DNA from: Strigamia acuminata
Lineage: Eukaryota
DNA: 64,000 bases
Direction: 5' to 3'
Assembly: GCA_949358305.1 (NCBI GenBank)
Contig: OX442314.1
Coordinates: 19,344,001 to 19,408,000 of the forward strand
The number at the start of each line of letters is the position of its first letter. Position 1 is the stretch's first letter. Shown piece after piece: positions 36,501-47,700 of this stretch. The position numbers were made by a program, and so were the translations under genes. The notes under the pieces were generated by a model that worked only from the letters and a program-made list of their open reading frames with translations, made no database searches and had not been told where the DNA came from.

Positions 36501-37257
36501 GAAAAAAAAAACAATCTCAAACGAATCGAATTGCAGGAAAAGATTACGATCGTCACGGAAACCGTTACAAGTGGTGGTCAGATGATACTGAAAGCAAGTT
36601 CCTTGAAAAAAGTGATTTGGCTTTTCAGCAATACTCCAATTTAAATATTTCAGATGCCAGAGTGAATGTAAGTTTAAGAATTAATGAATCATGCAATGCA
36701 ATATGACAAAATGTTCTGAAGTTTGATTATTTTTATACAGAAAGACCATTTCCGAACAATGTTCTTCAAAGTAAACGAAGGAGCGAATCTGGCTTACGAA
36801 GTAATGATTACTCCGTATTTAAAGCTAATTTTAATGTTTAAAAAAAAAAAAACATTATTACAATTTTTATTTATTGAAGGCTTATGAAAAATGGGAAAAG
36901 ATTAACAAGGTAGAACCTGGCTTACCAGGTTTAACATTAAATTCAAGACAACTATTTTGGATACAAGGAATTAATGTATAGTAGAATCTATTTTTTTTTA
37001 ATGGAAAGATTGATTCGAATAACACTGCCGTTATTATCTTTTTAAAAAGATGTTTTGTGCAAACACAGCGGACAGTTATATGAAACATTTGTAAGAATGC
37101 TCAAAGGAAAAATAGTTTTAATGTGCCTTACTAAATCGTTTAATATTTTTATAGAACATTAGGGCGGGTGATCAATTCACAGCATTTTGGCAAGGATTTT
37201 AACTGTCCCGTCGGCTCGCCAATGAATCCGAAAGAAAAGATAAATCTCTTTTCGTAA
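33585..37257 (+). CDS. Neprilysin-like M13 protein, copy 4; predicted non-catalytic
   Basis: Same exon structure; LNYGGFGSLFGFGILEGFG (FGILE at 36441-36455, so the catalytic Glu is also lost); in-frame 9-nt insertion near 36650. Confidence 0.87.
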
Positions 37258-37469
37258 AATCAAATTATTTTGGTTTGATGTTTTTCTATTTGAATATTTC
37301 ATAATCATTCTGTTTTGTTGTGTATGCTGTGTAAATTACTAATTATATTTGAGATATAAAATATTTACTACTGCCATGTGTGTTTTGAGTTGGCGAAATT
37401 TTTAGAATATATCATACGTGTAAAATTAAAACCATTTTGGCGACCTAACCTAGAGTCATAGAGCTGAGA

Positions 37470-37750
37470 TGCATAATACAATCCCAACACCAATAGCATT
37501 CGCCCACCTACATTGGCAAAAATTAAATACCTCAAGAAAGTACTTGATTTGCCTTCTAGTAGCCAAAATCTTAGCTTCATAGAAAATATATGAGAAATAA
37601 TAAAAGGAAAATTGCAAAAACAACAGCCATACACCTGGGCCAGTTGATGAAGGAGTTGAACAAATAATTGCCTGAATTTGCACAAAATAAATGTCAACAG
37701 TTTTTAACATCGATATAAACAGAATTAATGCTGTAATAGAAGCAAAAGAT
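37470..37750 (+). mobile_element. Degraded Tc1/mariner transposase C-terminal fragment
   Basis: Broken translation PSSQNLSFIENI*EIIKGKLQKQQP ... RINAVIEAK resembles the Tc1 consensus PSQSPDLNPIENLW...RxxAVIxAKGG; contains stops and indels. Confidence 0.65.
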
Positions 37751-38219
37751 AAGGTGAGCGAATAATTTTGATGTTGGGTTTGTAAATGAACTGACATTTC
37801 TGGTATTATGCTGAAATATATTATGTACAAGCTATAAATGTTGTTAATCAAGTTTCGCAGCAACTTTTGAAATGTAGTTGTATACAAACGGAAACATTCA
37901 TTACAGAGGTAATTATAAAAAAATAAAAAAAAATAAAAAAAAAACCTGACCGTCGCCTGGTTTTCTTTTTTAGTGTAATAAATGAAGCATTTGCCTGGGT
38001 CAACAAATGTTTGACCTCGTCTATTATAATAATGAAATAATTACATGCTGGTATGTAATTTTCAAACGAATCAATTCCCAGTCCAACTTGAGTAGAAACT
38101 TGAAATAGATGGGGCACTCTTATCCTCACTTCTTTTTGTTCGCTTTCTAATCTGGTTGTTGTAGTTATAACATTTTTACACGGTGTGTGTATTCGAGGAA
38201 TTTTAATACCGTCATATAC

Positions 38220-38510
38220 ATGGCAAACGAAAAAAAAGAAACTGTTGGAAATCAAATTCTAAATATGCAAAAATTATTTTTGTATTATCAATTATTTTCA
38301 TTTTTTTCTTGTAATTGGATCAATTTTGAAGTCGAAATAAGGTAAGGAACTAAAATTGTATGTTATTAATTAGCTGTAACCTTATTAACGGGAAAAATTT
38401 TCAATTAGAAAACATCCATCGAAGCAGTTATTCAAAATACTCATGCTGATGCATCAAATAGTATGTATGAACTTAATGCTTCACAATTTTCTTTTAGTTT
38501 ATGACTTAAT
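38220..38510 (+). pseudogene. 5' fragment of another neprilysin-like copy
   Basis: Degenerate match to exons 1-2 of copies 2-4 (TGTTGGAAATCAAATTCTAAATATG...GTAATTGGATCAATTTTGAAGTCGAAATAAGGTAAG) with a stop and indels; no downstream exons. Confidence 0.7.
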
Positions 38511-38946
38511 TTGAATTAAGCCTGATATTTGTTGTTTGCTATCCGATTGCAATACTTACGTACCTTAAAGTTCTTTCTGGCTATCCAATCACAGAAGGTG
38601 AAATGCACTTTAATCTCAAGTTAAACAAACTGCTAGTACTATTGTATTTCTGGAACTACTACTGGTATTTCTAGTACTAAAATCGACATTTATTTGACGA
38701 AATCTTAACCCTTTGCTGCACAACCTTATACATGCCGATTGGCTTTCACATTTTCTGTGTGTAGATTTACACGCTGCACTCGTTAACTTGAAAATCAAGT
38801 TAAAAAAATGTTTATGTTTTAAAACAAATAGTTATGTTTAGAAGTATTTTTAACGCATAACATTTTTATCAAAGTAATTTAATACTTCTCAACAAGGTCC
38901 TGTATCAAGGATCACAGATTGAATTTTGTGTTTTAGTTGCGAGAAA

Positions 38947-41900
38947 ATGGGTAGCTAACTTTTGAAGTTTGAATTGTTAAATCATTTAAATTTAAATTTT
39001 ATTTTTACAGGGCGCTGTAAATTCTTTATTCTGCTCTTAATTATCCTTACCCCAACTTCAATTTTAATTAGAACGAGTGACGACATTTGCAATACTAAAA
39101 ATTGCCGTACAACAGGTGAGGACTTTTGTAAATATAACTGCAAATATTCAAGTTTACTTTTGTTTGGCTGTACAGCTTTAACATTACTAGATAATATGAA
39201 TAGTGAGGTTTTTCCTTGTGAAGATTTTTACGAATACGCTTGTGGAAATTTTCCGAAAACTGTAAATTTATCACACGAGATGCCGTTTACGGCTGTTCTT
39301 TCAGAAAGATATGCTGAATACTTGGAAGAAATAAAAGGTATTTATACAATTCTTTCATGAATCAAGGCCCGAAGTACATTTATGTATAGTGTTGCTATAT
39401 TTTGCTATATTCGCTTCACAGCCGATGCTAATAATGCATATTATTAAAGTTTTGTTAGAAAGTAGAAAGACACTATCTGAGCCAGACTCTGTGAGAAAAG
39501 CTAAGGATTTTTACACTGTCTGCATGAATTCGAGTACCGTAATTTATTAAGCTAATTGGACTCAGATTACACATTTTTGTAAATTTCATGAAGGAATATC
39601 TTTAAAAATGTATAGTCTGAGACAGATTTTTTTTTCTTTAAATTTTTAATTTGTTTTAATGGTTTTTAATTTATTTGCTTATAGCGGTTGAAGACGAAAT
39701 TCAAGATATCAAACTTTATGTCGAAGACTCTTTAGGGAGTATGCCATTGATAATGAAAGATGAGTGGGAAGAAGACCGCTTTAATTGGCAAGAAATGCTC
39801 GTTTATCTCATAAGAAACGGTTTCAAGAATACAGGCTTATTTGATATTAAAATTGAAGTAACTTCATTATCTGATAAGACAACCAGATTCGTATTCTATG
39901 TGCGATTTGTACTTTTGTAATACAAAGAAAAATTAATTAATCTGTAAGAATGACTTATATTTTTAGATAGAATATCGTCCATCCGCATTGCACACACTAC
40001 TCGGCAATTATTCCTTGATTTCTGATGAAGCTAGCATAAAATTAAATGAAATTTTGCAAAACTTATTATCAACATTTGCAGTTCCTGTAACTGATGAAGA
40101 GAATTTTTCAAATCAAATTCGTCAGATTGTTAGATTTATGCACTTGTATAAAAGGGTATAATAATTCAAATTTATTGCTCATTTTAGTTTAAAAACTTAT
40201 GTATTTTCAAGTTACCCACATATTCAAGATTAGTGACTTTGCATAGCATTGAAGAACTTCAAATATACATTCCTGAGGTATGCATTTTGAACTGATGCAA
40301 ACGTTTGAGAACTGTGTGGAGCGTTAACATTTACCTATTTTAATCATACAGTTCAATTGGATAAAGTTCTTTCAAAAACTCGGCAACAAATACTTGGAGC
40401 TAGAAACAGAAGTGTATGTTGAAGGAATTGATTGGCTAAAGTCAGTGATTAGAACTGTTCACAGGACCACAAAGAAGTATAAATACTCGAACTAACTAAT
40501 TGTTTGTTGCAAATAGCTTTCAAATCAACATAATATTTTTTTTTTAATATTCAGGACAATCGCCAATTATCTTGTGCTGAATACAATTGCATCGCTGTAT
40601 GTGAACCAAGAATTATCGATTTCATTCCAATCAAGAATAAGAGAAATTATACAAAACGTCACTTATACTTCACCACCACACGAACCACTAACACCGAAGA
40701 GGTAATGATTAATTTAAGGCAGATAAAACTATTTTATATTTACATTTTACAATAATATTTCAGAAGTCATTTTTGCATTCAACATAGCGGTCATATTTCT
40801 AATGCTGTCAAAGCGATACATTATAAGAAATATTTATTTCATCGGATAAGAGATTCAGTAACTATTTTGCGAGTACATTACCGTACATTATTATCGTATA
40901 ATTGTCCTGTTTAATTTTTTTTAGGTTCAGCAAATAATCAAGCAAATACATGATACATTCCATACATTTTTGTATGCTAGTTACTCAAATGAAGACTTTA
41001 TTCTGAACGTTTTACAAATTTTAGAAGTCAGAAATAATTTTTAAAAGTTTTAGTTTAGATATATCTTATATTTTTAATAAGCAGTATCGGAATAACAGCT
41101 GGGATATCCCTACGGAGATAGCTATCGATGAACAATATTTGGACGACATGTATTTGGACAGCCAATACGAAAAAGTAAGAACGTGTGTGGTAAAGATCTT
41201 AGTTTAACAAAGCACTTATGTACGGTAATAAACTGGAATTACTTCTGCAAAACTAGTCATTACACGTGCGAATTGCATCGGTTAAAGAGAAAATTGCATT
41301 TTATTTCAGCTGCCATCTGATTGGAGTTCTTACTTCAAGAACTTACTTGCAATTAAAAAATTTCAAGTGGTACAATCGATAGCTGGGTAAGGCAATCATG
41401 TTTCAATGCACTTACTCAAATCAGAAAATGCTATTCATATTTCAAACAGAAAAATACCATCCGAATTTCAACAACCAGATGTGAAATACATAGGCAGTTT
41501 AAAGCGTGGACTTCAAAAAATTAGTTTGTGTTATTGACTTGTAATATTGTGAGGACAGTTTATTCACCGTCTAACTGAATTATATTTCAGTCGTTCCAGC
41601 TTGTTTATTAAATGGTATTGTGTATGGAGTCAATCGCAATTCTGGCTTTAATTTTGGCACCCTGGGTTTTAAAATTTGTGAAGGATTGATTATGTATTTA
41701 CGACCACTTATGGGTGACTTTTACGGTGTATATTCATAAATAGCATTATAACGTTTATTTTTATTTGCTTAGAATTATACCTACACCAACGTTTTCCCTT
41801 GTTCACCGCAGACCCTATTTCAGAAACGCCAGATTACATGCTTAAAATGTTTTCCAGTAACGTAAAAACATTCCCCGAGTTTCAGCAATGGCCAAAGGTG

Positions 41901-42433
41901 AATATAAATACACGTAGTTAAAACCAATTGCTTATTTCAGCTTTAATAGTGGAAAGAACAGGATCTATACAAGACTGTTTTATTTGAAAGCTTAACAGCC
42001 AAATTAGCTTATGGTGTAAGTATTGCGTGTAGATTATATTATAAAGTAATTTCAAGTGGTTTGATGTTATAGGCTTACGAAGATTGGCTAAAGAAATATG
42101 GTGATGATAGACAGTTGCCAGGAATCGAATTAAATTCGACACAATTATTTTGGCTTGGTTATACAACTGTATGCTTGAAAATGACTACTTAGTATCCACT
42201 ATGTGATTTATTGAAAGCGCTTTTCTATTTTCAGTTGCATTGTGCTGCATATGAGGAAAATTATACAAGGTTTTTGCCATTTTATACTCCCAACGAGAAC
42301 AAATTAAGGTTGTGATAGTAAACAATTTACGATGTATAGTGCTAAATGCGGTTTAATTCTTTTTTTCAGTGTTCTAAGTTTGTTTCATTTAATACCAGAG
42401 TTTAATAAAATGTTTCAGTGCGAAGATGCGTAA
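38947..42433 (+). CDS. Divergent neprilysin-like M13 protein, copy 5; predicted non-catalytic
   Basis: ICNTKNC, PCEDFYEYACGNF, KAKDFYTVCMN, MPL...WEEDRFNWQ, RTIANYL; NFGTLGFKICEGLIM in place of NYGGIG...HExxH (about 41650-41697); ends EFNKMFQCEDA stop. Start codon tentative. Confidence 0.75.
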
Positions 42434-43406
42434 TTAGAGTAATGGAGTTTACTGATTATTGAAAACCTATAATAAATCTGCAAACATGATAATTACATGT
42501 GCATGAAGGGAAAAATACATAGAATGACCACAAGATCACACCCAAAAGTAATCCCAAAAGCTTCAATCATGGCTACAGCCTACACCACCTTGCTCAATTC
42601 CCCACATCTGGATAAAATCGAGTAGATACAGTACCCGAGTTGAAAATCTTAAATATACGTAAATATATGAACAGCATAATAAATTTTGTATCACTTCATT
42701 GAAGTGAAAGTTTGTTGATTGGAGGGCTCCTATAATTTGTTTGCCCTCCCACCCCTCCCGTTCCCACACTTTTGAATCCAGCATACATTTTAGGAGAAAG
42801 AAATTATTTCTCTACTTTCATTTGTGTTGTTTATCAGTCAGTTATAATTATTGTAAATTATACGATTAATACATATATTTTTTAAATAAAATGACAATGA
42901 CTTTATAAAAGAAATAAACAAACTTACCGTTAAGACGTGGACTTCCAAGGATAAAGCTATGTACTCTATTGTGGAATGGACCTTCTTAACTATTTAATAC
43001 CTAATGTCAAAAATAAACACATTAACACTGCTGATAAAGTTCGCTGGTTTTAATTACCTGTTGCTCTAAATTCTTGATCAGTTGTGGGGCGAAGGTATAA
43101 AATTATAGCTAATATGCAAAAGAGCTAACATGGCTAGGAGTTAAAAAATCATACACATGAGCTAAAATGCAGAAAACCTAATGTGTACAAGAGCTACTAA
43201 ATAAATCTTGAACAATGTTTTTTTTTTGTCTGACATACCTACATGAACGCAAAATTATGCAAATGATCACGATATTAACATAGTGATGACAGAAATAAAA
43301 TGAACAAACCCCCCTGATTAATTAAAAATTGTATCATGAATTCATGAGTGTCATAATAAAAAAAATTAAATAATTATAATTATTCTTTCTCTGAAATTAT
43401 ATTTAT

Positions 43407-44550
43407 CTAAAAACCTATAAATGTAATTATATGCTCAGATATTGTTTTAGGATCGTTCAAGTGTACATAATGAGTTCCTTCCACTTCGATGTATTTAACG
43501 ACCGTGCAATGTTTCTGATAAAATTTTTTGAATTCTTCATACACTTTTTGCTTTTCATAAACTAGTCCATCTTTTGCTTTGATAATTAAGAGCTTGCATC
43601 TCATATACTCAGCTAACTTCTTCAATTGTTCAGTGCTGAGTAAAGAATCAGTCGGAAATGGTAGCCCGATTCTGAGATCCAACACCAAACGTACTTTTCT
43701 ATCATCCAACATCTTACATCCTCTTTTCATTAAAATTTTAGCCGACTCAGCAGTCAATCCACTGTTTTTCATCATGTCTTCCAATAATTTGTCCGTCGAA
43801 TAGGTGTGAGACTGATAATCGCCTTCGTTTATCTGCATTCGTGAATTATAACAATTTCTCACAACTATTTGCAGCAGCGGGTCAGCAGCCGCCAGCGTAA
43901 ATCTTTTAATCGCGTCTAAACTGACGAGATTATTCACAAGTTCAGGAAATAAACTGGCAAAAATTAATCCAGTTTCAGCACCTCCACCATGTCCTATGTA
44001 ATCGAATTTCTCCCATTTGAAAAATCTAGATGTACGTAAAACGGCTGTAACATAGTCCCACAAATAGTAAATATGTCCTTTCGCAAAGTGGGAGCTTTGA
44101 CCATGACCAGGTAAGTCGACACAAACTATGTTCCAATGTTTAGGCAACAGTCTCACCAACGTATCAAAAGTCCCAGCATTGTCTTTAATTGAATGAACTG
44201 CAATAACTGGATAGCCGTTAATATTGCCCCACTGTTTAACTGCAATGGGATGAAAATTGTTGGTTCCATCATACTATACAGAAAAAATTAACATATATGT
44301 ACCTGCCATGTGTCCCCATGGCACTGGAATGTTCAACTCTTTACACGGAGAATTCCCTATGCGTTGTATTTGGGAAAAATAACATCTTCCTATTAACCCT
44401 GCAATTAAAATGTAAATGATATTTAGTCCTACATTTGGTATTCACTATTCATGTGGGTATTCTTAAATATGAGACTATACCTTGTGCCTTAAATAACTGG
44501 TAGTTGGGTTTTAAACGGACGATTATTAATTTTGAAAAAATTACAAACAT
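43407..44550 (-). CDS. SERHL/kraken-like alpha/beta hydrolase, copy S1 (3 exons); nucleophile Ser replaced by Gly
   Basis: Exons at about 44550-44481, 44399-44302 and 44239-43407; IPVPWGHMA, VDLPGHGQSSH, YIGHGGGA, VEGTHYVHLNDP. Confidence 0.85.
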
Positions 44551-44708
44551 TCTTCACCCTGTTTGATGTCCCACCATTTTGTAACTATTGTTTACTCCAA
44601 TTAACGCCATCTGACATCACAGTTTCAAACTTAAAAGATGAATTCAAAATTTTAACACAACTCCAAACATAAAACATTTCGTTTTAATCGATAATAAAAT
44701 AATAACAT

Positions 44709-47700
44709 TGTTATGCTGGGGCATCACGTTGAAATAAAGGAGAGGTTTTTAAAGTGGAAAACAAAACACACGTCTTTACTCGTGGGTAAAATACAAGCAA
44801 GTGAGGAGTAATACAACATTGTCATGGTAACGCTTTTACAACAATGTAACAGTATGATATAGCAGTAACACGTTCTTAACAATGAACTCAACATCACATT
44901 AACATAACTTAACATTACTTCCCCTGAAACCCATTATGCCCTGATAATTGGTTTCACACCTAATAATTCTCTGAAATTACTTAATTTCACTTTATCTAAA
45001 GGCTTTGTCAATAAATCAGCTTCATTGTTCTCGGTTGGAACAAATTCCAATTTGACTCGTTTCGCCTTTATCTGTTCTCTGATGTAGTGGTACCGGACAT
45101 CAATATGTTTTGATCTCCGGTTCTCCACATTGCTTTGTGCAAAAACTTTAGCTGGTTGGTTGTCGCATCTCATGATTGTTGGTCCTCCGATCAACGTTGA
45201 CAAATCCAACTCTTCGATCAGTCGTCGCATCCATACAATGTCTTTCGAACAATTGCACATCGAGATGTACTCGGCTTCCATGCTGCTGGTGGCTACGACC
45301 TTCTGCTTGCTGCTCTGCCATATTACTAAATTCTCGGCTAGTTTCAGCAAAGTTCCGCTGTAAGATCTTCGGTTAATCTTGCAATTCGCCCAATCTGCGT
45401 CTGCGAATGCAGTCAAAAATCCTTTATTCTCATTGTAAACCAATCCGTGTTTCTTGGTTCCCGACAGATATCGTAGAATGCGTTTGGCCATTTGCCAGTG
45501 ATTGGTTTTTGGTTTGCTGTTAAATTGTGCTAACACATTTACAGCGTGTGAAATGTCCGGTCTCGTACTGTTGGCCAAGTAAGATAAGCAGCCAATTACC
45601 TCTCTATAAGGCTCGACCGTCAGATCTTCAAATTCTTCTGGCTCTTTCTTATTGTTGTCAGTACATTTCACCATTGGTGTCGCCATTGGTTTTGAATCAG
45701 TCATGTTGAATCTCTTCAGGATTTTCTCAACATATTTTTCTTGCGTTAAAAACATGTTTCCGTTTTTATCCCGTCCAAATTCGATTCCTAACATGTACTT
45801 CAGAGTTCCAAGTTCTTTGATTTCAAAACATTTACGCAGTCTCTTTTTGATTTCTCGACACATGTTTTCTGATTGTCCGGCTATCACCATGTCGTCGACG
45901 TAAACCCCGATAATTCCGCGTTCGTTTCCTATTTGAATCCAATAAACACACGCGTCGGAAAAACAACGTTTGAAACCCTGTTTCTCGAGTTCCTCGTCCA
46001 ACTTGTCATTCCACGCACGTCCTGATTGTTTTAATCCGTATAACGACTTGATTAGTCTGCACACTTTGTTTTTCCATTTTCCCACTAAGCCTTCGGGAAT
46101 TTCCATGTAGACTTCTTCTTCGAGTATACCATTTAAGTATGCTGTCGTTACATCAACTTGTTCCAACACCCAACCCAAAATTACAGCTATAGCAATTATG
46201 AGTCGCATTGTCGCAATTCCGGCCACTGGAGAATATGTCTCGGTATAATCATGACCGTAGCGCTGTGTAAATCCTTTGGCAACTAAGCGCGCTTTATACC
46301 GCTCAACTGAACCATCTGGGTTTTGTTTGACTCGAAACACCCATTTACAGCCAATCGCTTTGCTGTCTTTTGGTAAATCCGTAATCTCCCATGTTTCATT
46401 CTTGTGTAAGCTGTTTAATTCGTCATCTATTGCGGTTTGCCATTTCGTTGCGTCCTTGGAATTCAATGCCTCTTGGTAGGTAGAAGGTTCTTCAAAATGA
46501 CAAAACATTGCTGTTCCTATCAAATCCTCTTCATCTTCCTCCTCAGCATCTTCCGTTTCTGCAACTTCCGGTTCCGCTTGTTGTTGCACCTGACTTCGGA
46601 GAATCATCTTTGTTGGTTCGTACTGTTTTTGAACGGCTTCAGCTTTTGTCGGTCGTCCACGTTTTGGTTTTGCCGCTGGCGGAACTTGTTTCGGTTCGTC
46701 GAAAGTGAGAGTCATTACTTCCTTCGCGTCCAATTCATCCGTTTCGTTGAATCCGAATTCATTTTCTTTGAACACGACGTCACGTGAAGTCATCACTTTT
46801 CTTTTCTTGGTATTCCACAACCGATATGTCTTCTCCCCGGCTGAATACCCAAGAAATATGCATTTTTCTCCGCGATTGTCCAATTTTCTTCTTTTGGCCG
46901 CGGGAACGTGCATCACTGCATTGCAGCCAAACACTCTTAAGTGTTTCACGGATGGCGTTCGCCCGTACCAAACTTCATACGGCGTTTTCCCAGTGATTTG
47001 TGTCACTGTCCGGTTTCTCACGTAAACTGCAGTATTGACTGCTTCAGCCCAAAAATCTGCACCCAATTGCGTTTGGATCAAACTTGACCGCACCAGATCC
47101 AGCAATGTCCGGTTTAATCTCTCAGAAATTCCATTTTGTTCTGGGGTGTACACTGCGGTGCGTTGATGAGAAATTCCTTTCTCCTTCAGGAAACGGTCAA
47201 ATTCTTCGTTGCAGTATTCGAGCCCGTTATCCGTTCGCAAGGCTTTTATTTTCTTCCCCGTTTTTCTCTCCATTCTCGTCATGTAATCTTGAAATTTTTC
47301 AAGCGCTTCAGATTTGTGGGTCAGAAAGTAGACATCTATTTTCCTTGACTTATCATCAATAAACGTAATGTAGTAACGATGCCCTCCCTTGCTCTTTGTT
47401 TGAAGTGGACCCGCAATGTCCGAATGGATCAAATCCAGTACTTCGGATGCCAACTTCCGTTCTTCCTTGTTGAATGGTTTTCGGGTGGATTTTCCTTGGA
47501 GACATGAATCACATTTGCTGATTGCATCTTTGTTGATCTCCAATCCCCTGACTTTGTCTTTTTCGGCCATCTTTTGTAGACTGTCCAAAGACACGTGCAT
47601 GTATCTTTGATGCCAAATTTCGTTTTTGGTCGCTTCCGTTGTCGCCGTCATCCCGTGATGTGACGCCTCGTTGACCAGATACATTCTGTTTTCTCTCTTC

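Larger units (their letters stand above)
6960..37440 (+). repeat. Three tandem ~4.6-4.8 kb duplication units (upstream region plus neprilysin-like gene); the second is interrupted by copia A/B and C
   Basis: Near-identical introns, exons and intergenic sequence at about 6960-11790, 11790-32870 (minus the TE insertions) and 32870-37440. Boundaries are approximate. Confidence 0.85.

Noticed and set aside
6960..37440. Tandem neprilysin units as an assembly or haplotype artefact
   Set aside because: The copies differ by many substitutions, in-frame indels and unique TE insertions.
37368..38255. Minus-strand ORFs of 109-143 aa
   Set aside because: They are antisense to the Tc1 relic and neprilysin fragment, have non-ATG starts and show no motif.
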